This document shows positions 53,832 through 61,994 of a stretch of 64,000 bases of DNA, piece by piece. The stretch comes from Planctomycetaceae bacterium (GTDB lineage Bacteria > Planctomycetota > Phycisphaerae > Phycisphaerales > SM1A02), in contig JAIXYQ010000013.1 in assembly GCA_027490145.1 (NCBI GenBank), forward strand, positions 79,433 to 143,432, in the 5' to 3' direction. Made by a program: the position numbers and the translations under genes. The notes beneath the pieces are model-generated. The model did not search any database. It was not told where the DNA came from and saw only the letters and a program-made list of their open reading frames with translations. Every line of letters starts with the position of its first letter. Positions within the stretch are counted from its first letter, which is position 1.

Positions 53832-54272
53832 TCACTTGCCCGGCGGTTCGCTCAGGCGGATGTCGGCGTCCTCGCCCTCGCCGCCGGGCTGGCCGTCGGC
53901 GCCGTAGCAGATGATGTCGAACTCGAGGCCCGGCGGGACGTCGTCCGTCTCGAGCACGTAGTCGTTCTTCCACGGATCCTTGAGTGCGCTGGCCGGCATG
54001 AACGGCGGATCACCCTCGATCAGTTCGGCGAGTTCGAAGTCGTCGCCGAGCGAGCTCATGCCGTTCTGGGTCATGTAGATCGTGATCTGGTTGCTCAGCG
54101 TGGCCATCTCGCTGAAGGCGCGCTTCTGCTTGGAGCTGCCGATCAGGAAGCCCAGCCGCGGCACGAACACCGCGGCCATGATGCCGAGGATCGTCACCGC
54201 GATGAGGATCTCGATGAGGCTGAAGGCGCGGCGGGCGCGACGTCGATCGGAGCGGGAGGGTTGCATGGTCAT
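53832..54272 (-). CDS. gspG: type II secretion major pseudopilin
   Basis: 146-aa ORF with RRA|FSLIEILIAVTILGIMAAV, DPWKNDY (compare the GspG DPWGNPY motif) and GADGQPGGEGEDADI. Confidence 0.8.
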   Translation of the reverse strand: MTMQPSRSDRRRARRAFSLIEILIAVTILGIMAAVFVPRLGFLIGSSKQKRAFSEMATLSNQITIYMTQNGMSSLGDDFELAELIEGDPPFMPASALKDPWKNDYVLETDDVPPGLEFDIICYGADGQPGGEGEDADIRLSEPPGK

Positions 54273-54305
54273 GGTTCCTTTCTTCGGGGTGCGGGGGCGT
54301 CGGCG

Positions 54306-55556
54306 CTAGGCGCCCAGGGCGGTCTGCATGTTGAGCAGCGGCAGCAGCATGCCCACGAGCACGAAGCCGGCCACGACGGACATGACCAGCAGGAGCGCGA
54401 TGGGCAGGATCTTGGTGAACAGCTTGAGCGAGTTGTTGACCTGGCGGTCGAATGCCCCTGCAGCGTGCATGAGCATGGGTTCGAGCTTGCCGGACTTCTC
54501 GCCGATGTTCACGATCTGGATCAGGAGCGGCGGGAAGTGCCCGCTGCGCTCCATCGGATCGGCGAGCGAGGCGCCGGTCGACACGCGATCGCTCACGTCG
54601 TCGATGGCGGCCATCATGGCGTAGTTGCCGAGCGTGTCGCGCACCGTGCGCAGGGCGGTGAGGATCGGGATCCCCGCGCTCACCAGCGTGCCCAGCGTGC
54701 GCGTGAAGCGTGCCACCGCGACGTCACGCAGCAGCGTGCCGAGCACGGGGACCTTGAGCAGTGCGGCATCGACCACCATGCGGTTGGCCGGCACGCGGAG
54801 CCAACCGCGCAGGGCGAACCAGCCGATCGTGGCGCCCAGCAGCATGACCCACCACCAGCTCCCGACGAAGGAGGCGAGGCTCATGAGCACCTGCGTCGGC
54901 CACGGGATCGCGATCTTGGTCCCGCTGGTGATCGGCGCGAGCAGCTTCGGCAGCACGAAGGTGACCATCGTGATGATGCTCGCCGTCATGATCCCCGCCA
55001 GGATCATCGGGTAGATGGTCGCACCGATCACCTCCCGGCGCAGCTCGACGCTGCGGTCGAGCAGGTCCGCGAGCTGGTGCATGATCTCGCTCATGCGGCC
55101 GGTGGCATCGGCGGCACGGAACATGCCGACCGTCATCTCGTCGAAGGGCGGGCCATAGTCCTTGGCGGCCTGGAAGAGCGGCTGTCCGGCCTCGACGCCC
55201 TCGATGAGGTGGTCGAGGATCACGGGGAGCGCCTTGCCCGCGGCCTGACGACGGGTGGTCTTGAGCGCCTGCATGAGCGGCAGGCCCGCCTCGAGCGCCG
55301 TGGCGAGCTCGCGCACGAGGTTCGCCAGTTCAGCCCTGCTGATCGCGGGGCGGCCACGCACGACCGCCGTCTGGACCGGACCCGCAAGCCGCGGGGCGCG
55401 CGTGCGGACGGCCTCGACGCCCTCGGCCTCGAGCGACAGCGGCAGGATGCCGCGCTCACCGAGCATGCGCACGGCGCTGCCGCGGTCGGTGGCCGACACG
55501 GAGCCGATGCTCATCGTGCCGTCGGGGCCCATGGTCTGGTAGCGGAAGCTCGGCAT
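54306..55556 (-). CDS. gspF: type II secretion inner-membrane platform protein
   Basis: 416-aa ORF with two T2SF repeats, three predicted TM regions, and a position between gspE and gspG. Confidence 0.85.
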   Translation of the reverse strand: MPSFRYQTMGPDGTMSIGSVSATDRGSAVRMLGERGILPLSLEAEGVEAVRTRAPRLAGPVQTAVVRGRPAISRAELANLVRELATALEAGLPLMQALKTTRRQAAGKALPVILDHLIEGVEAGQPLFQAAKDYGPPFDEMTVGMFRAADATGRMSEIMHQLADLLDRSVELRREVIGATIYPMILAGIMTASIITMVTFVLPKLLAPITSGTKIAIPWPTQVLMSLASFVGSWWWVMLLGATIGWFALRGWLRVPANRMVVDAALLKVPVLGTLLRDVAVARFTRTLGTLVSAGIPILTALRTVRDTLGNYAMMAAIDDVSDRVSTGASLADPMERSGHFPPLLIQIVNIGEKSGKLEPMLMHAAGAFDRQVNNSLKLFTKILPIALLLVMSVVAGFVLVGMLLPLLNMQTALGA

Positions 55557-55559
55557 GGA

Positions 55560-57227
55560 TCACTTCCTGACGGGGACGTCGTCGAGATCCTGCGTCGCGC
55601 GCAGGACCTCGCTCACGGTGGTGTCGCCGTCGATGGCCTTGCGCACGCCGTCCTTGCGCATCGTGATGAAGTCGTCGCCGAGCAGCGTCTTGAGGACGTG
55701 CACGGGCTCGCCCTCGGCCACGGCCTGGCGCAGCGCCGGGTTGACCTTGATCAGTTCATAGAAGCCCAGTCGGCCGCGGAATCCGGAGCCGCGGCACTCG
55801 TCGCAGCCCAGGCCCGCCCAGGCGTTGGGGCCGAACTGCGTCCGTTCGTCGGGCGCAAGCCGCGCACGGAGGTCCTCGCCGAGCGGCGCCTGCACGCGGC
55901 ACGCCTTGCAGATGCGGCGTCCCAGGCGCTGCGCGAGCACGCCTTCGGCCACGCTCGCGATGAGGTAGGGCTCCGCGCCCATGTCGCCAAGGCGTCCGAA
56001 GCTGCTGACCGAGTCGTTCGTGTGGAGCGTGCTGAACACCAGGTGGCCGGTGAGCGCGCTGCGGATCACGATGTCGGCGGTCTCGCCGTCGCGGACTTCG
56101 CCGACGAAGATCACGTCGGGGTCCTGGCGCAGGATCGCACGAAGCCCGGTCGCGAAGGACAGGCCGCGCTTGGGATTCACGGGGATCTGGTTGATGCCGG
56201 TCAGTTCGTACTCGACCGGATCCTCGATCGTGATGATCTTCTTGCGCGGGTCGTACAGCTTGCTCAGGGCCGCGTAGAGCGTGGTCGTCTTGCCGCTGCC
56301 GGTCGGACCGGTCACGAGCACCAGCCCGTGCGGCTTCTCGAGCAGGCGGTCCATCGTCATGCGGTGCGTCTCGGACATGCCGAGCGTCTGCAGGTCGAGC
56401 CGCAGGTTGCTCTTGTCCAGGATGCGCATGACGATGCTCTCGCCGTAGATCGTGGGAACGGTCGACACGCGGATGTCGACCTTGCGCCCCTCGAACTTCA
56501 GCGCGATGTGCCCGTCCTGCGGCACGTAGCGCTCGGCGATGTTCATGTGGCCCATGATCTTGATGCGTCCGGCGATGGCGGCCTGCAGGTGCTTGGGCGG
56601 CTGCGGCTGCTCCATGAGCACGCCGTCGATGCGGTACTTGACCTTGAGCTCGTTCTCGAAGGGCTCGATGTGGATGTCGCTCGTCCGGCTCTGGATCGCC
56701 TCGAGGATGAGCAGGTTCACGAGGTTCACCAGCGTCGGCGCCTCGGCCATTCGGTGCACGTCGTCGGCCTCGATCGCGTCGAGGTTGTGTTCGTTCTCGC
56801 TCGAGGCATCCTCGCTCGAGCCGCCCAGGCTCTCGGCCATGCGCGCGGCCGTGGTTCCGTAGCACCTGCGGATCAGCTCGGCGAAGGCGGCCGCCTCCAC
56901 GCCCACGCGCTGCACGCGCCGCTCCACGATGGTGCTCACTTCGTCGGCCGCGCCGATGTCGAAGGGATCCACCATCGCCAGCACGAGTCGGCCGCTGCGC
57001 TCGCGCAGGGGCACCACGCGCAGCCGCACGGCGACGTCGGGCAGCAGGAGGCCGACCGCCGCCATGTCGGCTTCGGGCGCCTTCTCATGCCACTCGATCC
57101 CGAGCGCGGAGCACCGTTCGCGCAGGCGTTCCTGCTCGTCCTTGGCCGATGCAGGTGCCTGCAGCACGGTCTCGGCCGGCGCTTGCTCGGTCTCGGGGGT
57201 CGTCGTGTCGAGGGGCTGCTGTTCCAT
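55560..57227 (-). CDS. gspE: type II secretion ATPase
   Basis: ORF 55560..57374 trimmed to MEQQPLD (ATG 57227). Walker A VTGPTGSGKTTT, Asp box, TLHTND, and the tetracysteine motif CKAC..CDEC. Confidence 0.9.
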   Translation of the reverse strand: MEQQPLDTTTPETEQAPAETVLQAPASAKDEQERLRERCSALGIEWHEKAPEADMAAVGLLLPDVAVRLRVVPLRERSGRLVLAMVDPFDIGAADEVSTIVERRVQRVGVEAAAFAELIRRCYGTTAARMAESLGGSSEDASSENEHNLDAIEADDVHRMAEAPTLVNLVNLLILEAIQSRTSDIHIEPFENELKVKYRIDGVLMEQPQPPKHLQAAIAGRIKIMGHMNIAERYVPQDGHIALKFEGRKVDIRVSTVPTIYGESIVMRILDKSNLRLDLQTLGMSETHRMTMDRLLEKPHGLVLVTGPTGSGKTTTLYAALSKLYDPRKKIITIEDPVEYELTGINQIPVNPKRGLSFATGLRAILRQDPDVIFVGEVRDGETADIVIRSALTGHLVFSTLHTNDSVSSFGRLGDMGAEPYLIASVAEGVLAQRLGRRICKACRVQAPLGEDLRARLAPDERTQFGPNAWAGLGCDECRGSGFRGRLGFYELIKVNPALRQAVAEGEPVHVLKTLLGDDFITMRKDGVRKAIDGDTTVSEVLRATQDLDDVPVRK

Positions 57228-57240
57228 GGGTTCCCGTCGT

Positions 57241-58566
57241 TCAGCGTGGGGCGTCGGTGCCGTCGCCGCCGCCCTTGCCGCGCTGGTTGGGGTTCTGCGT
57301 GCCGAGGCCGTCGCTGCCGGTGCTGCGGAGCACGCCATCGTCGCTGCGGAGCGCCTCGTGCTTCTTGGCGGCATCGGAGCCGGGCTTCACACGCTCTTCT
57401 TCCTTCTCGCGGTACTTGTCGATGCCCGGGATCTTCGCCTTCTGCTCTTCGTTGAGCAGCGCGATCACGCGGTTGCGCGCGTCCTCGATCAGTCGGTCGC
57501 GCTCGGTGATCAGGTCCTTGTACGGCTCCTGCTCGCCCTTGGAGGTCTGCACGTTGCGGGCGGCATCCGCCGCCAGCCGAACGCGCTCGGTCTCGCGCTC
57601 GGGCTCGACCTGGCGGACCTTGGCCACGAACTGGGCCTGCAGCGCGTTCATCGAGTCATTGAACCGGGACCGGATGTCGTTGATCTGGGCCAGCTGTTCC
57701 GCCGACAGGTCCTCGATCGCGAGCACGTTCTCGAAGAACGGGTCGAGCGGGGGAGTGCGGCACGCGAGCGGATAGGCATCGCGCATCGCGCGCTCGCGGA
57801 ACTTCGGTCCCCACTCGGCGCCGAACGCCGTCGCCAGGGCATCGATGTGGGCGTCGGTCACGTCGCGCACCGCGACGCGGGTGGCCACGATGCGCTCGAG
57901 TTCGACGAGGCCGGCTGCGGAGTCGTTGTCGGTGAGTGCCTTGCGGATGCGGGGCTGGCTCGCCTCCTGCTGCTTCATGCGTTCCATCAACGCCAGGTCG
58001 AGCGCCGTCTCGTAGGCCGCGATGGCGTCCTTGGCCTCCATGCGGTTGTCCAGGGGCACGTCGATCTGGCGCATCACGATGATCAGGTCGGTCTTCTCGC
58101 CGCTCAGGCGTCCCTGCGGCAGCTGCTTTTCGCGACGCAGCGCGCGCTCAAGGCGCGGCCACCGCTCCAGCTGCGCATCGGAGAGCTGGCCCTTCACGTC
58201 GTCGAGGAAGCGTTGCTTCATCGCTTCCTTCTCGGCCTTCCAGTCCTCGATGGGCTTCATGAGCACGGTGAGCGCGCCGTTCTCGCCGGCACCGGCGATC
58301 TGGTCCTTCATCGCGGTCAGCTTGTCGCGCAGTCCCTGCTCGCCCGCGCGGTACTCAGCCTGGTAGTCGCTGAGCAGTGCCTCGAGCACCGGCTTCTGCC
58401 AATCCTCGAGCTCAAGGAAGTCGACGAAGAGCGACATGTCCTTGGGCATGAAGTCGGTGGAGAAGATCTCGTTGAACCCAGCCTCACGAGGCAGCTGTGC
58501 CTGCGCGCAGGGGGTGAGGGTCAGGGATGCGGCGGCGACAGCGGCGACAAGCAGGAAGCGCTTCAT
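57241..58566 (-). CDS. secreted alpha-helical protein, first gene of the T2SS operon; possibly a Spy/CpxP-like (LTxxQ-type repeats) periplasmic protein
   Basis: ORF 57241..58746 trimmed to MKRFLLVAAVAAASLTLTPCAQAQ (ATG 58566, GGAGA upstream). Repeated L-S/N-x-x-Q helices (LSDAQLERW, LSAEQLAQI, LNEEQKAKI). Only 13 nt separate it from gspE. Confidence 0.5.
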   Translation of the reverse strand: MKRFLLVAAVAAASLTLTPCAQAQLPREAGFNEIFSTDFMPKDMSLFVDFLELEDWQKPVLEALLSDYQAEYRAGEQGLRDKLTAMKDQIAGAGENGALTVLMKPIEDWKAEKEAMKQRFLDDVKGQLSDAQLERWPRLERALRREKQLPQGRLSGEKTDLIIVMRQIDVPLDNRMEAKDAIAAYETALDLALMERMKQQEASQPRIRKALTDNDSAAGLVELERIVATRVAVRDVTDAHIDALATAFGAEWGPKFRERAMRDAYPLACRTPPLDPFFENVLAIEDLSAEQLAQINDIRSRFNDSMNALQAQFVAKVRQVEPERETERVRLAADAARNVQTSKGEQEPYKDLITERDRLIEDARNRVIALLNEEQKAKIPGIDKYREKEEERVKPGSDAAKKHEALRSDDGVLRSTGSDGLGTQNPNQRGKGGGDGTDAPR

Positions 58567-58709
58567 GGTGGTGGTCTCCGGATGACGGTCGGATCGAGCC
58601 AAGGTGGAACGGCCCGAAGGCCGGAATGTTGCATCCATCGACGCAAACGGGGCTTGGATTTGGTGGGAGACGAGGATTTCGGGCGTTGGTCCGGGAACTC
58701 CCGCAACGT

Positions 58710-58727
58710 CCGGGAACATGTTCCCGG
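58710..58727. promoter_or_regulatory. perfect 18-bp palindrome CCGGGAACATGTTCCCGG, with a third CCGGGAAC half-site at 58691-58698
   Basis: Read directly from the sequence. It lies 16 nt downstream of the scoA stop and about 145 nt upstream of the first T2SS-operon gene. It could be a terminator hairpin or an operator. Confidence 0.35.
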
Positions 58728-58742
58728 CGAGGCTGTCGGGGC

Positions 58743-59438
58743 TCAACCCTTGCTCACGGTGCGCTGCTCGATGCGCTTCTCACTGGTGGTGACCACGATC
58801 CGCTGGACGAAGATGCCCGGCGTGTGGATGTGGTCCGGATCGAGCGAGCCCAGCGGCACCAGTTCCTCGACCTCGGCGATCGTCACCGCGCCGCAGGTTG
58901 CGGCCATCGGGTTGAAGTTGCGCGCCGTGCGACGGAACACGAGGTTGCCTGACGGATCGGCGCGCCAGGCCTTCACCAACGAGACATCGGCCTTGATGGA
59001 TCGCTCCATCACGTAGGTCTCGCCGTCGAACTCCATGTGCGGCTTGCCTTCGGCAACGACCGTGCCCACGCCGGTCTTGGTGAAGAACGCGGGGATCCCT
59101 GCGCCGCCGGCGCGCATGCGCTCGGCGAGGGTGCCCTGCGGCGTGAATTCCAGTTCGAGTTCACCGCTCATGAATTGCCGCTCGAACTCGGCGTTCTCGC
59201 CGACATAGCTCGAGACCATCTTGCGGATCTGCCGGGTCTGCAGCAGGAGCCCAAGCCCCCAGTCATCCACGCCGGCGTTGTTGCTCACGGCCGTCAGTCC
59301 CGTGGCTCCTGAGTCGCGAAGCGCCAGGATCAGCTGTTCGGGGATGCCGCAGAGCCCGAACCCCCCGACCGCCACGGTCATCCCGTCGCGAATCACGCCT
59401 TCGAGAGCAGCCTTCGGAGAGGCAAAGACCTTGTCCAT
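58743..59438 (-). CDS. scoA: 3-oxoacid CoA-transferase subunit A
   Basis: 231-aa ORF with MTVAVGGFGLCGIPE, the SENG-like NNAGV motif and FTPQGTLAERMRAGGAGIPAF. Confidence 0.85.
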   Translation of the reverse strand: MDKVFASPKAALEGVIRDGMTVAVGGFGLCGIPEQLILALRDSGATGLTAVSNNAGVDDWGLGLLLQTRQIRKMVSSYVGENAEFERQFMSGELELEFTPQGTLAERMRAGGAGIPAFFTKTGVGTVVAEGKPHMEFDGETYVMERSIKADVSLVKAWRADPSGNLVFRRTARNFNPMAATCGAVTIAEVEELVPLGSLDPDHIHTPGIFVQRIVVTTSEKRIEQRTVSKG

Positions 59439-59444
59439 GGCGCG

Positions 59445-59450
59445 ATGGTA
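59445..59450 (-). promoter_or_regulatory. -10-like TACCAT, exactly 6 nt upstream of the scoA ATG
   Basis: Minus strand reads TACCAT cgcgcc ATG. Confidence 0.4.
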
Positions 59451-59517
59451 GTGACCGTGCCCGCACGATTGTGGACTCCGGGCTCGGCGGGGCCGGCCGA
59501 ACGGACGTGCTCCCGGC

Positions 59518-59523
59518 TACCGT
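59518..59523 (+). promoter_or_regulatory. -10-like TACCGT, exactly 6 nt upstream of the MFS GTG start
   Basis: TACCGT tcccgg GTG. Confidence 0.35.
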
Positions 59524-59529
59524 TCCCGG

Positions 59530-60705
59530 GTGCAGCGACTGGTCTGTCTGCTCATCTTCCTCTCGGCCCTGCCCGACGCCATGGTCGTGCCGGTCCTGAA
59601 GGATCTGTGCGTGGATCGCTACGGCGTGACCCGCACCCAGGCGCAGGCGTTCCTCCTGGTCAACCTGCTGGGTGCCGCGGCCGCGATCGGCGTGGTGGCT
59701 CGGCTCCAGCGCTCGGTCGAACCAGTGCGCCTGCTCATCGCAGCCTCGTTGCTCGACGCCCTCCTGATTGCATGTCTTTGGCTGCCCTTGGGATGGCCGG
59801 GCACCATGGCGGTGCGGGCCCTCGAGGGTGTTCCCGACGCCATCACCTTCGGCGTCCTCATGCAACTGCTCGGCCGCTCGGTCCGCGGGTCCCTGGCCGG
59901 ACGGCTCGGGCTCGGCTCGATGGTCCTGCTTGGCGGCGTCGGCTGCGGCATGGCTCTGGGTGGCCTGGCCGCCAAACTCATGGGGCCGGGATCGGAACGG
60001 GTCGTCTTCGTGCTGGGCGCGAGCAGCTCTGCACTGGTCGCCGTGCTGGCGACCGCGTGTCACGGCTCGCTCCAAGCGGGTCTCGATGCACACCAGGATC
60101 TGCCCACGGGCGATGGGGGCCGCTCGATCGGCCTCCACGCCGCACGAGCCGTTCCTGCGTGGGTCGTGCTCGCGATGGCCTTCGTCGATCGCGCCACGGG
60201 TGGGGTTCTCACGGGCACGCTGAGCCTCTTCCTGGCGGGCTTCTTTCCCTACGACGCCGGCGAGCGCGGGTGGATGGTTGGCTTGCCGCTCCTGGCCATG
60301 GCGGTGGGTGCCTGGCCGGCAGGGGTCATCGCCAATCGGTTCGGCACGCTTCGGGTGCGACTTTGGGCCGGTGCGATGTATGCCATTGCGCTGGCTGCGG
60401 TTCCGTTCGTCGGAGACTCACAGCCGGCCTTGGTCGGCGTGCTTGCCGTGCTCGGTCTGGCCGGCGCGGCGCTCTTGCCGACCAGCCTGGCGCTTGAACA
60501 CGCGGTGGACCGGGGGGCCGTGGGCTTCACCGCCTTCGCCACCAGTGGGGGCGTCGGGTACGCCAGCGGTGCCGTGATTCCGGTCATGGTGCTCGGTGTC
60601 GCGGGGGATGCCGCGTCGAGCTACCAAGGCATCATCGTGGGCTTCGCCCTGCTCCACGCCGCCGTGACGTGCTGCGCCATCGCCGGATCGCGATCCCGGG
60701 CATGA
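59530..60705 (+). CDS. MFS-type transporter
   Basis: 391-aa ORF (GTG start) with about 10-12 hydrophobic segments arranged in two halves. No specific family signature is visible by eye. Confidence 0.55.
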   Translation: MQRLVCLLIFLSALPDAMVVPVLKDLCVDRYGVTRTQAQAFLLVNLLGAAAAIGVVARLQRSVEPVRLLIAASLLDALLIACLWLPLGWPGTMAVRALEGVPDAITFGVLMQLLGRSVRGSLAGRLGLGSMVLLGGVGCGMALGGLAAKLMGPGSERVVFVLGASSSALVAVLATACHGSLQAGLDAHQDLPTGDGGRSIGLHAARAVPAWVVLAMAFVDRATGGVLTGTLSLFLAGFFPYDAGERGWMVGLPLLAMAVGAWPAGVIANRFGTLRVRLWAGAMYAIALAAVPFVGDSQPALVGVLAVLGLAGAALLPTSLALEHAVDRGAVGFTAFATSGGVGYASGAVIPVMVLGVAGDAASSYQGIIVGFALLHAAVTCCAIAGSRSRA

Positions 60706-60753
60706 CGGCCCCGGCGGTCGCAGCGACCGCTCGTCGCCGGCGGCCGCTCAGGG

Positions 60754-61764
60754 TCAGTTCAGGGCGAGCGCTTCGTCTGCGGCAGCCAAACCTGGTCGAC
60801 GCTCCGAGCGCTCCATGTAGGCGCTGCGCAGCTTCTCGAGCGCGCGGATCTGGATCTGGCGGACGCGCTCCTTGGTGACGCCAAGGCTCGCACCGATCTG
60901 TTCCAGCGTGGGGAGCGCGCTGGCGATGGGAGCGTTCAAGCCGAAACGACACTCGATGACTTCACGCTCGAGCGCCGTCAGGTCGGCCTGATTCGACTCC
61001 AGGAGCCAGCCGACTTCCGAGGCGCACTCGCGCTCATGTTCGGCACGGACGATCCCGGGATGATCGCCCCGCTCCATCGCAGGGTCGAACTCCGTCGGGA
61101 AACGCTGGCGGTGCTTGGTTTGCTTGATGCCATGCCGACTGAAGGCCTTGAGGATGGCGCGGCACGCATACGTGCTGAACTTGAAGCCCCGGGAGCAGTC
61201 GAACTTGTCGACCGCGCGCATCAGGGCCATGTTGCCCTCGCTGATCAGGTCGGCGAACTCGATGTCGGCATTGCGCACGCGCTTGGCCATGGCGAGCACC
61301 AGACCCAGGTTGATCTCGGCGATCTGGTCGCGCAGCCGGGTGGCGGCGTGGGCCCAATGCAGGACCTCGCGGGCCTCTCGCGTCTCGAGCTGCTGTCCGC
61401 GCTGGGCCTTCTGAATCCTTGCGACGCGGTAGCGCGCGTAGTTGAACTGCATGAACAGCACGCGCTCCTGGGCGCCGGTCAGCAGCAACGAATCATTCCC
61501 GCGGCCCGAGGCGCGCTCCTCGTGCATCAGGGGGCAGTACCAATCGACCTTCGGGCGACGAATGGCGGGGGCGTCGGTGAAGATCTTCCGCTCCGCGTTG
61601 GATCGGGCGAACTCGGGGGCTGGCATGAAGTCCATGGCTTCGGCCATCACCGAACCGACGAATTCAGCATCCTGTGGCCCAAGGGCGCGGCGGGCCGCGG
61701 CCGACAGGGTGCTCGGCACGAAGACGGGCTTGCGAACCGGCGATGCTGCTGTGCGGTGGGGCAT
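60754..61764 (-). CDS. RNA polymerase sigma-70 family factor (regions 2-4)
   Basis: 336-aa ORF with DLISEGNMALMRAVDKFDCSRGFKFSTYA (region 2) and TLEQIGASLGVTKERVRQIQIRALEKLR (region 4). GGAGG lies 5 nt upstream of the ATG. Confidence 0.85.
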   Translation of the reverse strand: MPHRTAASPVRKPVFVPSTLSAAARRALGPQDAEFVGSVMAEAMDFMPAPEFARSNAERKIFTDAPAIRRPKVDWYCPLMHEERASGRGNDSLLLTGAQERVLFMQFNYARYRVARIQKAQRGQQLETREAREVLHWAHAATRLRDQIAEINLGLVLAMAKRVRNADIEFADLISEGNMALMRAVDKFDCSRGFKFSTYACRAILKAFSRHGIKQTKHRQRFPTEFDPAMERGDHPGIVRAEHERECASEVGWLLESNQADLTALEREVIECRFGLNAPIASALPTLEQIGASLGVTKERVRQIQIRALEKLRSAYMERSERRPGLAAADEALALN

Positions 61765-61920
61765 GCGGGCCTCCGGGGGATTGGACCTTTCAGCACGAAC
61801 TGAAAACTACTTCGCAGTACGCCGTTCTCCGGTTTCAAGGTTCGGACAAGGTGAAGACTTTTGTAGTCCTATAACCACACATGACGGTGGACGGGGGCTC
61901 CACAAGAGCTGAGCCGCGGG

Positions 61921-61961
61921 CAAAAAGCGAACCGCGGCGCCCCAAGCTGGAGCGCCGCGGT
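61921..61961 (-). terminator. rho-independent terminator downstream of ndk
   Basis: On the minus strand, ACCGCGGCGC-tccagcttggg-GCGCCGCGGT is a 10-bp GC stem. It is followed by TCGCTTTTTG. Confidence 0.75.
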
Positions 61962-61994
61962 CCATGGACTGGCGTGAAGGTCCGAGCTGGCGGG

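Noticed and set aside
58567-58742. A sigma-54 type (-24 GG / -12 GC) promoter upstream of the T2SS operon.
   Set aside because: The best candidates (TGGATGCAACATTCC and TTGGCTCGATCCGAC) lack the essential -12 GC at the correct spacing.
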